NCBI GenBank assembly: GCA_002269645.1 | Contig: NIVC01000024.1 | Location: 186,001 to 250,000, forward strand | Source: Macrostomum lignano | Taxonomy: Eukaryota | DNA: 64,000 nt | Direction of reading: 5' to 3' | Shown here: positions 11,039 to 24,100 of the stretch, piece by piece | Layout: each line of letters opens with the position of its first letter | How positions within the stretch are numbered: the first letter of the stretch is position 1 | The notes under the pieces: model-generated | What the model was told of the DNA's origin: nothing | The model's database searches: none | The model's input: the letters and a program-made list of their open reading frames with translations, nothing else | Program-made: the position numbers and the translations under genes

Positions 11039-14000
11039 TCACGGAAGATAACCAAGCGCTGTGCCGAAGTCAACCTCATCGCTTCCCAGTCCTTTATTGT
11101 TACTTAAACTGCTGAGTTCGGGATCCTGCAGTCCAACAAATCCTAGCGATTGTTGTCTCACGCGTGCCTTAGCACTGAACGGACTATTGCCGTATTGATT
11201 TCCAACGATATCATTTCTATGATCAGTTTTGCGGCTGTAAATGTAATTGTCACCAGGGCCGCTGATTTCTTGGCTATGGTCATGGCGCAGCACTGCGGAC
11301 GCAAGCGGCGGTGGGCCGCTGGGCAGCACTCGGACTCCGCCAGCTGGCGGCGCTGACAGTCGCTGTCGATTCCTGGGCGGCAGCGGTGGTGGCCGCTCTT
11401 CGACCGACTGCTTGTCGTCGAGTTCATCCAAGCTGTACTCGGAGGCCAAGTTCAACGGTTGCAGCTCTCGATAGCGTTCGATGAGCGCCTCCTTGGGCCT
11501 CGGCAGCGGCTGCCGCATGAGCAGCAGGCGGCTCGAATCGGCGGTGGAATTCGGCGTCAGACCCGCTGTCGATTCGGACGCGTCACTGACCAGAGTCTGA
11601 TTGGACTGGAACAGAGTCGGTTGCGAGGCCCAATGGCTTTTGTCGTACCAGGGATTGAAGCGCAGCGGTTGTAGCTGTTGTTGCTGCTTCTGCAGACGCT
11701 TGGCCTGACTTCTGACGTCGAACTCTTCAACAAATGACAGTCCGGTATCTTCAGTGTCGGTTAAAAACAGCTGACACTCAAGAAACTGGACGCCGTACGG
11801 TCGCCTAGTGACAATGCATAGTATGGGCTGGTGCCGCAGTTTCCTCAGCTGCCGGTACTGCCGCCGGCGCAGCGGGATGAGCACCGTGTCCGGGATGACA
11901 TCGGCGGCGTCGCAGTGTCGCCGGAAGTAGCCGAACCGGCGTCTGCGGCCTTTGACTGTGTGAAAATGGACCAAGTCTATGCTGGTGACGGCCTCGTACG
12001 GGTAGAAGTCCTGCTGGAACTGCCTGGCTCTCGGGTCCCAGTAGCGAAAGCTGACACCGGATCTGAAAGAGGAGAATGTGCGTCTTGTGCGGGGCCAATT
12101 TGGTTCTGAAAGAGAGTTCTCTTATATATTATATAGATTACTCCAATACGTACGCTGCATGCAGTCGAAACATTTTTTATTGAGAACTCAGGACACAATT
12201 GGGATGAGAACTCAGGACACAATTGGGATGAGAACTCAGGACACAATTGGGATGAGAACTCAGGACACAGTTGGGATGAGAACTCAGGACACAGTTGATG
12301 TGAGAACTCAGGACACAATTGGGATGAGAACTCAGGACACATTTGGGATGAGAACTCAGGACACAGTTGGGATGAGAACTCAGGACACAGTTGGGATGAG
12401 AACTCAGGACACAGTTGGGATGAGAACTCAGGACACAGTTGGGATGAGAACTCAGGACACAGTTGGGATGAGAACTCAGGACACAGATGGGATGAGAACT
12501 CAGGACACAGATGGAGAGGGGAGAGAGGGAAGAGAGGAAGAAAGGGGAGAGAGGGGAGGGGATCCCACAGAAGACTGCAAACAAATACTCTTCGAGATTC
12601 TTCGAAACTCTCTCTCTCTAATTATGTTTTTCTACAATGTATTTTTTTACGTTATTCTAACTCGAATTGAAGGCAAACACACAAAACACAAAATCACTGA
12701 CCCTAAACGCAAGCCCAACCCAACCCCAACCTCAAGCCCTAGTCACAGCCCCAGCCCCAGCCCCAGCCCCAGCCTCAGCCCCAGCCCCAGCCCCAGCCCA
12801 AGCTCGAGCCCCAGTCTCAGCCCGTCTCAGCCCCAGCCCAAGCCCCAGCCCCAGCCCCAGCCCCAGCCCCAGCCCCAGCCCCAGCCCCAGCCCCAGCCCC
12901 AGCCCCAGCCCCAGCCCCAGCCCCAGCCCAAGCTCGAGCCCCAGTCTCAGCCCCAGCCCCAGCCCAAGCTCGAGCCCCAGTCTCAGCCCCAGCCCCAGCC
13001 CAAGCTCGAGCCCCAGTCTCAGCCCGTCTCAGCCCCAGCCCAAGCCCCAGCCCCAGCCCCAGCCCCAGCCCCAGCCCCAGCCCCAGCCCCAGCCCCAGCC
13101 CCAGCCCCAGCCTAAGCTCGAGCCCCAGCCCCAGCCCCAGCCCCAGCCCAAGCTCGAGCCCCAGTCTCAGCCCCAGCCCCAGCCCAAGCTCGAGCCCCAG
13201 TCTCAGCCCGTCTCAGCCCCAGCCCAAGCCCCAGCCCCAGCCCCAGCCCCAGCCCCAGCCCCAGCCCCAGCCCCAGCCCCAGCCCCAGCCCCAGCCCCAG
13301 CCCCAGCCCCAGTCTCAGCCCCAGCCCCAGCCCAAGCTCGAGCCCCAGTCTCAGCCCCAGTCTCAGCCCCAGTCTCAGCCCCAGTCTCAGCCCCAGCCCA
13401 AGCCCCAGCCTAAGCTCGAGCCCCAGCCCCAGCCCCAGCCCCAGCCCCAGCCCCAGCCCCAGCCCCAGCCCCAGCCCCAGCCCCAGCCCCAGCCCCAACC
13501 CCTGCTTACTCCTGAAAGCTGAGCGTCTTCTCGCAGATGCGGTCTCCAGAATCTGTTGGCGCCACCCCGCCGTTCGCTACAGCAAGGCTCAGGTGAGCAA
13601 AGTACAGCTCGCGGAGCGCCTGCTGCAGACTGCCGAAGCCCGTGTTGGTGTGGCGGTTGAGGGCCTGCGGAATGCGAGAAGTGAACTTTTCATGCTGGTC
13701 CGTACGTTACAGCTGACATGTACGTAATTTATCTGGGGATCTGCAGGTTCTCTAAATATCGACGCTCATATTCCCTAAAGATTCCCTAAAGATTCCCTAA
13801 AAATTCCCTAAAGATTCCCTAAAGATTCCCTAAAGACTCCCTACTGATTCCCTACTGATTCCCCACTGATTCCTAAAAGATTCCCTACTGATTCCCTACT
13901 AGATTCCCTAAAGATTCCCTAGTGATTCCCCACTGATTCCCTATTGATTTCCTACTTGATTCCACAAAGATTCCCCATTGATTCCCTAAAGATTCCCTAC

Positions 14001-14784
14001 TGATTCCCTACTGATTCCCTAAAGATTCCCTAAAGATTCCCTAAAAATTCCCTAAAGATTCCCTAAAGATTCCCTAAAGACTCCCTACTGATTCCCTACT
14101 GATTCCCCACTGATTCCTAAAAGATTCCCTACTGATTCCCTACTAGATTCCCTAAAGATTCCCTAGTGATTCCCCACTGATTCCCTATTGATTTCCTACT
14201 TGATTCCACAAAGATTCCCCATTGATTCCCTAAAGATTCCCTACTGATTCCCTACTGATTCCCTAAAGATTCCCTAAAGATTCCCACTGATTCGCTAAAG
14301 ATTCCCTAATAATTCCCTACTGATTCCCTACTGATTCCCTACTGATTCCCTACTGATTCCCTACTGATTCCCTACTGATTCCCTACTGATTCCCTACTGA
14401 TTCCCTACTGATTCCCTACTGATTCCCTACTGATTCCCTACTGATTCCCTACTGATTCCCTACTGATTCCCTAAAGATTCCCACTGATTCGCTAAAGATT
14501 CCCTAATAATTCCCTACTGATTCCCTACTAATTCCCTACTAGATTCCCTAAAGATTCCCTACTGATTCCTTAAAGATTCCCCACTGATTCTATAAACATT
14601 TCCCTACTGATTCCCTTAAAATTTCCTGCAGATAAATTGTCTATAGATTCCTTACTGATTCTCCATACGCACTTTACAGTGATTCCCTACAAGGCCTCAC
14701 CTGCTTCCCAACGAACACGAGTCTGTAACTGGCTGTCTGGCTGGCGCTGAACGAGAATAACCCGGCGCTGAAAGGCCCAGCCAT
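11039..14784 (-). CDS. PTB/PID-domain-like protein with proline-rich tail, ~420 aa, 3 coding exons
   Basis: Exons 14784-14701, 13664-13510 and 12062-11039, all GT-AG and phase-consistent (1263 nt). YRLVFVGKQ...[23 protein letters not shown] and [19 protein letters not shown] resemble PTB fold elements. The domain call is by eye. Confidence 0.72.
12181..12514. repeat. 24-bp minisatellite GAGAACTCAGGACACAGTTGGGAT x~14
   Basis: Direct periodicity. Confidence 0.95.
12713..13500. repeat. (CCCCAG)n hexamer array with AAGCTCGAG interruptions
   Basis: Direct periodicity; ends 10 bp from the splice donor at 13509. Confidence 0.95.
13770..14690. repeat. 11-bp minisatellite GATTCCCTACT/GATTCCCTAAA with a 244-bp higher-order duplication
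   Basis: Direct periodicity; the diagnostic variant run recurs at 13799 and 14043. Confidence 0.93.
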
Positions 14785-15108
14785 CTATCCAGTTTCAAGC
14801 TGATTAAGAGCGCGCTAAAAGCAATGATACTGCCTACGAATGACTCAAGTGAGTATTCTGGGTTGAAAAGAAAAGGCTTGCTACTTCATGGGAAACTTTC
14901 ACAAGCAATTGTACGCAGACTTTTGCGGCTTAAACGCTTTGAGTTCATTGTTTCTCACGTAGGCTATTGACGCCCAATGTTAGCTGCATCAAATAGCTGT
15001 CTGACTCAGCATGTTCAACCGTTTTTTATATTGTTCCGCTTGCTGTCTATTTAAACGTAGCAATGATTTTCCATTTCATATTTAGTACTTTTTTAGTTCA
15101 GTAGCGCC

Positions 15109-16257
15109 CACGCAGATCCTCAACCGCCTTCGCAGATCCTCAACCGCCTACGCAGATCCCCAACCGCCTACGCGCAGATCCTTAACTGCCTCGCAGGTCC
15201 TTAACTGCCTACGCAGATCCTTAACTGCCTACGCAGATCCTTGACTGCCTCGCAGGTCCTTAACTGCCTACGCAGATCCTTAACTGCCTACGCAGATCCT
15301 TGACTGCCTCGCAGGTCCTTAACTGCCTACGCAGATCCTTAACTGCCTACGCAGATCCTTAACTGCCTACGCAGATCCTTAACTGCCTACGCAGATCCTT
15401 GACTGCCTACGCAGATCCTTGACTGCCTACGCAGATCCTTAACTGCCTACGCAGATCCTTAACTTCCTACGCAGATCCCCAACCGCCTACGCAGATCCTT
15501 AACTGCCTACGCAGATCCCCAACCGCCTACGCGCAGATCCTTAACTGCCTCGCAGGTCCTTAACTGCCTACGCAGATCCTTAACTGCCTACGCAGATCCT
15601 TGACTGCCTACGCAGATCCTTAACTGCCTACGCAGATCCTTAACTGCCTCGCAGGTCCTTAACTGCCTACGCAGATCCTTAACTGCCTACGCAGATCCTT
15701 GACTGCCTACGCAGATCCTTAACTGCCTACGCAGATCCTTAACTGCCTACGCAGATCCCCAACCGCCTACGCAGATCCTTAACTGCCTACGCAGATCCTT
15801 AACTGCCTACGCAGATCCCCAACCGCCTACGCAGATCCTTAACTGCCTACGCAGATCCCCAACCGCCTACGCGCAGATCCTTAACTGCCTCGCAGGTCCT
15901 TAACTGCCTACGCAGATCCTTAACTGCCTACGCAGATCCTTGACTGCCTACGCAGATCCTTAACTGCCTACGCAGATCCTTGACTGCCTACGCAGATCCT
16001 TAACTGCCTACGCAGATCCTTGACTGCCTACGCAGATCCTTAACTGCCTACGCAGATCCCCAACCGCCTACGCAGATCCTTAACTGCCTACGCAGATCCC
16101 CAACCGCCTACGCAGATCCTCAACTGCCTACGCAGATCCCCAACCGCCTACGCAGATCCTTAACTGCCTACGCAGATCCCCAACCGCCTACGCAGATCCT
16201 TAACTGCCTACGCAGATCCCCAACCGCCCACGCAGATCCTAAACCGCCTACGCAGAT
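15109..16257. repeat. 20-bp minisatellite CGCAGATCCTTAACTGCCTA
   Basis: Direct periodicity. Confidence 0.95.
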
Positions 16258-16549
16258 ATTTTTGTAAATATATTTATGCTTGGTTAGTTACATAAAAAAG
16301 TGAATAATTGGAGGCAATTCTTATATTTACAGTCGAGGTAAAAATAAAATTCGTTTTTCATCCGCTCTATTTGCACAGATACTATACTACGCTCGTATAT
16401 ACGGCTCGTAGTATCTGTGTCTATTTGCTTTCATTTACTACACGAAATCATAGCTTTTATAAAGTAGTGGAATATGGGTACAATATCTTGTGGTTTAACA
16501 ATTTGTTGCATAATACCTTTTCACCCTTTTACCTACCTCCATTCCTCGC

Positions 16550-17300
16550 ACCAACCTCACTCCTCACGTCCACCTCACTCCTCACACCCACCTCATTCCT
16601 TGCACCCACCTCATTCCTTGCACCCTACTCACTCCTCACGCCACGCCCACCTCACTCCTCACGCCCACCTCACTCCTCACACCCACCTCACTCCTCACAC
16701 CCACCTCACTCCTCACGTCCACTTCACTCCTCACACCCACCTCACTCCTCACGCCCACCTCACTCCTCACGCCCACTTCACTCACCACGCCCACCTCACT
16801 CCTCACGCCCACCTCACTCCTCACACCCACCTCACTCCTCACACCCACCTCACTCCTCACGTCCACTTCACTCCTCACACCCACCTCACTCCTCACGCCC
16901 ACCTCACTCCTCACGCCCACTTCACTCACCACGCCCACCTCACTCCTCACGCCCACCTCACTCCTCACACCCACCTCACTCCTCACACCCACCTCACTCC
17001 TCACGTCCACTTCACTCCTCACACCCACCTCACTCCTCACGTCCACTTCACTCCTCACACTCACCTCACTCCTCACACTCACCTCATTCCTTGCACCCAC
17101 CTCTCTCCACACGCACCTCACCCCTCACACCAACCTCACTTCTCACACCCACCTCACTCCTCACACTCACGTCATTCCTTGCACCCACCTCTCTCCACAC
17201 GCACCTCACCCCTCACACCAACCTCACTCCTCACACCCACCTCACTCCTCACACCCACCTCACTCCTCACACCCACCTCACTCCTCGCACCCACCACAAG
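16550..17300. repeat. 18-bp minisatellite CCCACCTCACTCCTCACA
   Basis: Direct periodicity; lies just downstream of the CNBD stop codon. Confidence 0.93.
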
Positions 17301-17365
17301 CCGTATAAAACTTCGCTCCCACCGCAGCAAGCATAAAGGAGTGCAGAGTAACCGACGGCTCTTTG

Positions 17366-20044
17366 TCAATGCCTGGAAGTCCTCTCCGCCTGCAGAGCAT
17401 CCCTGGTGGCCTTCAGCGTATCCAGCCGGTACTGCCTCCAGTTCACCGCAGTCTGCAGCATTCGTTGAAAGTCGTCCTCGGAGGGGTAGCGGCTCACCTC
17501 CCTTGCCAGCCGCTGCCGGACAGACTTCGGACATTTGGCCAGAAAATAGCGCTTGTCAATCATCAGACACTCGGCTCCGTTGCTCACCAGACTGAACCGG
17601 GTCTGCGGTCCGTGGAGCAGCTGCGTGAGCCCGAATGCGTGACCTTTGAGCAGCGTCTGCACTCGAACCAACTGACTGCGTGGCCAAGCATCTGTAGGCT
17701 GGCGCTTCAGCTTGTAGGCCGCGTCAAAGTCGTCCTTGATAGTGCGAATGTACTCTTTGAAGCCCGGACCTCCGGGTCCCGCAGCTGCCGCTGTTGCGTC
17801 CTCTTCCGAGTCCTGCTGCTCGACTGCCGTCACCTCTGCGGGCTGCGGGACCGGCAATTACGGGTCACAGTGTTTCAGTCACCGGCGCGACTCACGCAGA
17901 TCACCTACCTCCCTCCGCCCACCTCATTCCGCTAACCCACTTCACTCCGCTCACCCACCTCACTCCGCTCACCCACCTCACTCCGCTCACCCACCTCACT
18001 CCGCTCACCCACCTCACTCCGCTCACCCACCTCACTCCGCTCACCCACCTCACTCCGCTTACCCACCTCACTCCGCTTACCCACCTCACTCCGCTTACCC
18101 ACCTCACTCCGCTTACCCACCTCACTCCGCTTACCCACCTCACTCCGCTTACCCACCTCACTCCGCTCCTCACTCCGCTCACCCACCTCCCTCCGCTCAC
18201 CCACCTCAGTCCTGGGACTTGGTCCGCCGCGCTCGGTCCGTCCTCTGCCAAAAACTGTCGGCTTAGTGAGCGGAAACCGCTTGACCACGGACAGACTGCC
18301 CGACTTGACAATATAGATCCAATCGGAGTAATTGGTGTCCCTGGCCAGCACCTCCTCATTTTTATAGTAGTGAAAGTGCACGCTAGTGGAATCGCTCCGC
18401 GGCTTCAACAAGTCCAACGGGAAGCCTTCTAGATAATCGAGCGTTTTTAAAAACGCGCCAAAATCCGAGTCCAAAGCGCTGTGCTGGCCGCTAGACATGA
18501 ATATGGCATGATAATTTTCTATGTCGATACTGAGCAGCTCAACCGTGTCCCTGCTGATCACATAGGCCTGTCGAATTGTTCTCTCGATGATAGCAAGTTC
18601 GCCGAAACTTTGGCCTTGGCTCAGGTAGGCAACGGGTCTGGCGTAGCCTTGCTCCCGGTCCATCAGCATGACCATGCAGGTGCCTGAGAGAATGAAGTAG
18701 AAGCTCAGCGCCTTGTGGCCTTGACGGATGATGATTCGCCGAGGCTCGTAGCTTTCATATAGGCCCGCCTGTTGGGGCGCGGGTGATGGGGAGCCGTACT
18801 GGGAGGCTGGGAAGGACTGCAGAAGAGACACATGGAGGGACTGAGAGACACAGGAAGGGACTGAGACACACCGGGAGGGACTAAGAGACACAGGGAGGGA
18901 CTGAGAGACACAGGAAGGGACTGAGACACAGGGAGGGACTGAGAGACACAGGAAGGGACTGAGACACACCGGGAGGGACTAAGAGACACAGGGAGGGACT
19001 GAGAGACACAGAAAGGGACTGAGACACACCGGGAGGGACTAAGAGACACAGGGAGGAACCGAGAGACACAGGGAGGGACTGAGAGACATAAGGAGGGACT
19101 GAAAGACACAGGGAGGGACTAAGAGACACAGAGAGAGACTGAGAGACATAAGGAGGGACTGAGAGACACAAGAAGGGACTGAAAGACACAGGGAGGGACT
19201 GAGAGACATAAGGAGGGACTGAGAGACACAGGGAGGGACTAAGAGACACAGAGAGAGACTGAGAGACATAAGGAGGGACTGAGAGACACAGGGAGGGACT
19301 AAGAGACACAGAGAGGGACTGAGAGACATAAGGAGGGACTGAGAGACACAGAGAGGGACTAAGAGACACAGAGAGGGACTGAGAGACATAAGGAGGGACT
19401 GAAAGACAGCGGGAGGGACTGAGAGACACAGGGAGGGACTGAGAGACATAAGGAGGGACTGAGAGACACAAGAAGGGACTGAAAGACACAGGGAGGGACT
19501 GAGAGACATAAGGAGGGACTAAGAGACACAGAGAGGGACTGAGAGACATATGGAGGGACTGAGAGACACAAGAAGGGACTGAAAGACACAGGGAGGGACT
19601 GAGAGACACAGGGAGGGACTGAGAGACATGGCGAGGGAGGGATTGAGATGAATAAAGACTGAGAGGAAGAAACCGCAGGTTCGCAAACGCACCCTGGCCA
19701 CCTGGGCCTGCATCCTGATCGGATAATCAGCGATGGCCTTGTAGCTCCGCAGGTGCACCTGGGCGGTGAACAGCTCGGCAGCCGTCCGGTCGACCGGCTC
19801 TTTGCGCAGAATTTGTGCCACCTCCGTCGGAACCCGAGCCTGCCGGTTCACCCGGTACTGGGACAGGTCGAACAGCAGGTCTGAGGGCTCCTGGACCAGG
19901 CGGAAGTCGTAGTGCCGGATGAACGGCCAGATCTCGTCGTCCTGACGGTTGGCGAGGCTGAACTCCGAGCGCAGGCGGCCGCAGAGCAGCAGGAAGCGGA
20001 CGAGACTGCGGAGGCGGGGCGGCCGCGGTGCCGCCTGCTGGCGT
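17366..20044 (-). CDS. Cyclic-nucleotide-binding domain protein (CNBD2-like, two cNMP domains); 5' end unresolved
   Basis: Exons 20044-19693, 18768-18205 and 17842-17366, GT-AG and in phase. Motifs IIIRQGHKALSFYFILSGT...GQSFGELAI...RQAYVIS and WIYIVKSGSLSV...GHAFG. A possible upstream exon lies at ~20772-20729. Confidence 0.85.
17910..18204. repeat. 18-bp minisatellite CCCACCTCACTCCGCTCA at the exon/intron boundary of the CNBD gene
   Basis: Direct periodicity; the sense strand reads GAGGTGGGT(G/A)AGCGGAGT. Confidence 0.93.
18830..19630. repeat. 20-bp minisatellite GAGAGACACAGGGAGGGACT
   Basis: Direct periodicity; intronic. Confidence 0.95.
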
Positions 20045-20067
20045 CTGGAAAGCGGCCTGGGGATGAG

Positions 20068-20563
20068 CGAGTGAGTGAGTGAGTGAGTGAGTGAGTGAGT
20101 GAGTGAGTGAGTGAGTGAGTGAGTGAGTGAGCCGTGAGTGAGTGAGTGAGTGAGTGAGTGAGTGAGTGAGTGAGTGAGTGAGCCGTGAGTGAGTGAGTGA
20201 GTGAGTGAGCCGTGAGTGAGTGAGTGAGTGAGTGAGTGTGTGAGTGAGTGAGTGAGTGAGTGAGTGAGTGAGTGAGTGAGTGAGTGAGCCGTGAGTGAGT
20301 GAGTGAGTGAGTGAGTGAGTGAGCCGTGAGTGAGTGAGTGAGTGAGTGAGTGAGTGTGTGAGTGAGTGAGTGAGTGAGTGAGTGAGTGAGTGAGTGAGTG
20401 AGTGAGTGAGTGAGTGAGTGAGTGAGTGAGTGAGTGAGTGAGTGAGTGAGTGAGTGAGTGAGTGAGTGAGTGAGTGAGTGAGTGAGTGAGTGAGTGAGTG
20501 AGTGAGTGAGTGAGTGAGTGAGTGAGTGAGTGAGTGAGTGAGCCGTGAGTGAGTGGTGAGTGA
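20068..20563. repeat. (GAGT)n microsatellite, ~500 bp
   Basis: Direct reading. Confidence 0.97.
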
Positions 20564-21124
20564 GGAGGTATTACTTTAAATGACAGCTACATGTACTAAA
20601 CTCACATGTTCTCAAATGAAAAGCCGATCTTGAGCTTGGAAGTTGCAGCAAAATTCTATTTTTCAACTTCCTGCGCAGAGATTCACAGCTGACTCAATAT
20701 GAGACTGCATGAGACCCGCAGCGCAGTACCGGCTTGCCAATCGCTTAAGACAATTTTTATAATTCAGTTGGCTGCAAAAAGACCTTAGCTTAGCACACAG
20801 TGGAGTTTGGTTAGCAATGTATGCATATAGAGACATCTATGCCCCTGTTTGATTGCATGGGGTCAACAATCTGTCATCAGCTGTACCCGTGTACAAACTC
20901 TGCATTCAGCATCTGTTTGGAACTGGCTGTTTGCACTGCTGTTTCATAACAGTCGACTAACTGACTGGGCATAGCTAACTTATGATCTCATTGCCACGAC
21001 TTCAGTATACGAGCTAGATGTATCTGCCTTTGCTTACATGCATCCCAGCCTGCCTGAATCTCATCCTGAATCTCGAGTGCAGGATCGTCCCAGCCTGCCT
21101 GAATCTCAAATTGCCTAAATCTCA

Positions 21125-24100
21125 AGGGTCCTGAATCTCAAGTTGAATGAATCCTAAGTTGCCTGAATCTCAAGTTGCCTGAATCTCAAGTTGCCTGAAT
21201 CTCAAGTTGCCTGAATCTCAAGTTGCCTGAATCTCAAGTTGCCTGAATCCCAAGTTGCCTGAATCTCAAGTTGCCTGAATCTCAAGTGCCTGAATCTCAA
21301 GTTGCCTGAATCTCAAGTTGCCTGAATCTCAAGTTGCCTGAATCTCAAGTTGCCTGAATCTCAAGTTGCCTGAATCTCAAGTTGCCTGAATCTCAAGTTG
21401 CCTGAATCTCAAGTTGCCTGAATCTCAAGTTGCATGAATCTCAAGTTGCCTGAATCTCAAGTTGCTTGAATCTCAAGTGCCTGAATCTCAAGTTGCTTGA
21501 ATCTCAAGTTGCCTGAATCTCAAGTGCCTGAATCTCAAGTGCCTGAATCTCAAGTTGCCTGAATCTCAAGTGCCTGAATCTCAAGTTGCTTGAATCTCAA
21601 GTTGCCTGAATCCCAAGTTGCCTGAATCTCAAGTTGCCTGAATCTCAAGTGCCTGAATCTCAAGTGCCTGAATCTCAAGTTGCTTGAATCTCAAGTTGCC
21701 TGAATCTCAAGTGCCTGAATCTCAAGTTGCCTGAATCTCAAGTGCCTGAATCTCAAGTGCCTGAATCTCAAGTTGCCTGAATCTCAAGTTGCTTGAATCT
21801 CAAGTTGCCTGAATCTCAAGTTGCCTGAATCTCAAGTTGCCTGAATCTCAAGTTGCCTGTAGCTCAAGTTGCCTGAATCTCAAGTTACCTGAATCTCAAG
21901 TTGCCTGAAGCTCAAGTTGCCTGAAGCTCAAGTTACCTGAATCTCAAGTTGCCTGAATCTCAAGTTGCTTGAAGCTCAAGTTACCTGAATCTCAAGTTGC
22001 CTGAATCTCAAGTGCCTGAAGCTTAAGTTACCTGAAGCTCAAGTTACCTGAATCTCAAGTTGCCTGAATCTCAAGTTGCCTGAAGCTCAAGTTGCCTGAA
22101 GCTCAAGTTACCTGAATCTCAAGTTGCCTGAATCTCAAGTTGCTTGAAGCTCAAGTTGCCTGAATCTCAAGTGCCTGAATCTCAAGTTACCTGAATCTCA
22201 AGTTGCCTGAATCTCAAGTTGCTTGAAGCTCAAGTTACCTGAAGCTCAAGTTACCTGAATCTCAAGTTGCCTGAAGCTCAAGTTACCTGAATCTCAAGTT
22301 ACCTGAATCTCAAGTTGCCTGAATCTCAGGTTGCTTGAATCTCAAGCGCCTGAATCTCAAGTTGCCTAAATCTCAAGTTGCCTGAATCTTAAGTGCCTAA
22401 ATCTCAAGCGCCTGAATCTCAAGTTGCCTGAATCTCAAGTTGCCTGAAGCTCAAGTTACCTGTAGCTCAAGTTGCCTGAATCTCAAGTTGCCTGAATCTC
22501 AAGTTGCCTGAATCTCAAGTTGCCTGAATCTCAAGTTGCTTGAATCTCAAGTGCCTGAATCTCAAGTTGCCTGAATCTCAAGTGCCTGAAGCTCAAGTTG
22601 CCTGAAGCTCAAGTTGCCTGAAGCTCAAGTTGCCTGAAGCTCAAGTTACCTGAATCTCAAGTTGCCTGAATCTCAAGTTGCTTGAAGCTCAAGTTACCTG
22701 AAGCTCAAGTTACCTGAATCTCAAGTTGCCTGAAGCTCAAGTTGCCTGAAGCTCAAGTTACCTGAATCTCAAGTTGCCTGAATCTCAAGTTGCTTGAATC
22801 TCAAGCGCCTGAATCTCAAGTTGCTTGAATCTCAAGTGCCTGAATCTCAAGTTGCCTGAATCTCAAGTGCCTGAAGCTCAAGTTGCCTGAAGCTCAAGTT
22901 GCCTGAAGCTCAAGTTACCTGAATCTCAAGTTGCCTGAAGCTCAAGTTGCCTGAAGCTCAAGTTACCTGAATCTCAAGTTGCCTGAATCTCAAGTGCCTG
23001 AAGCTTAAGTTACCTGAAGCTCAAGTTGCCTGAATCTCAAGTTGCCTGAATCTCAAGTGCCTGAAGCTCAAGTTGCCTAAATCTCAAGTTGCCTGAAGCT
23101 CAAGTTGCCTGAAGCTCAAGTTACCTGAATCTCAAGTTGCCTGAAGCTCAAGTTGCCTGAAGCTCAAGTTACCTGAATCTCAAGTTGCCTGAATCTCAAG
23201 TTGCTTGAAGCTCAAGTTACCTGAAGCTCAAGTTACCTGAATCTCAAGTTGCCTGAAGCTCAAGTTGCCTGAAGCTCAAGTTACCTGAATCTCAAGTTGC
23301 CTGAATCTCAAGTTGCTTGAATCTCAAGCGCCTGAATCTCAAGTTGCCTGAATCTCAAGTTGCCTGAATCTCAAGTGCCTGAAGCTCAAGTTGCCTAAAT
23401 CTCAAGTTGCCTGAAGCTCAAGTTGCCTGAAGCTCAAGTTACCTGAATCTCAAGTTGCCTGAATCTCAAGTTGCTTGAAGCTCAAGTTACCTGAAGCTCA
23501 AGTTACCTGAATCTCAAGTTGCCTGAAGCTCAAGTTGCCTGAAGCTCAAGTTACCTGAATCTCAAGTTGCCTGAATCTCAAGTTGCTTGAATCTCAAGCG
23601 CCTGAATCTCAAGTTGCTTGAATCTCAAGTGCCTGAATCTCAAGTTGCCTGAATCTCAAGTGCCTGAAGCTCAAGTTACCTGAATCTCAAGTTGCCTGAA
23701 GCTCAAGTTACCTGAATCTCAAGTTGCCTGAAGCTCAAGTTGCCTGAAGCTCAAGTTACCTGAATCTCAAGTTGCCTGAATCTCAAGTTGCCTGAATCTC
23801 AAGTGCCTGAAGCTCAAGTTGCCTAAATCTCAAGTTGCCTGAATCTCAAGTGCCTGAATCTCAAGTTACCTGAATCTCAAGTTGCCTGAATCTCAAGTTG
23901 CCTGAAGCTCAAGTTGCCTGAAGCTCAAGTTACCTGAATCTCAAGTTGCCTGAATCTCAAGTTGCTTGAAGCTCAAGTTACCTGAAGCTCAAGTTACCTG
24001 AATCTCAAGTTGCCTGAATCTCAAGTTGCCTGAATCTCAAGTTGCCTGAATCTCAAGTTGCTTGAATCTCAAGTTGCCTGAATCTCAAGTTGCCTGAATC

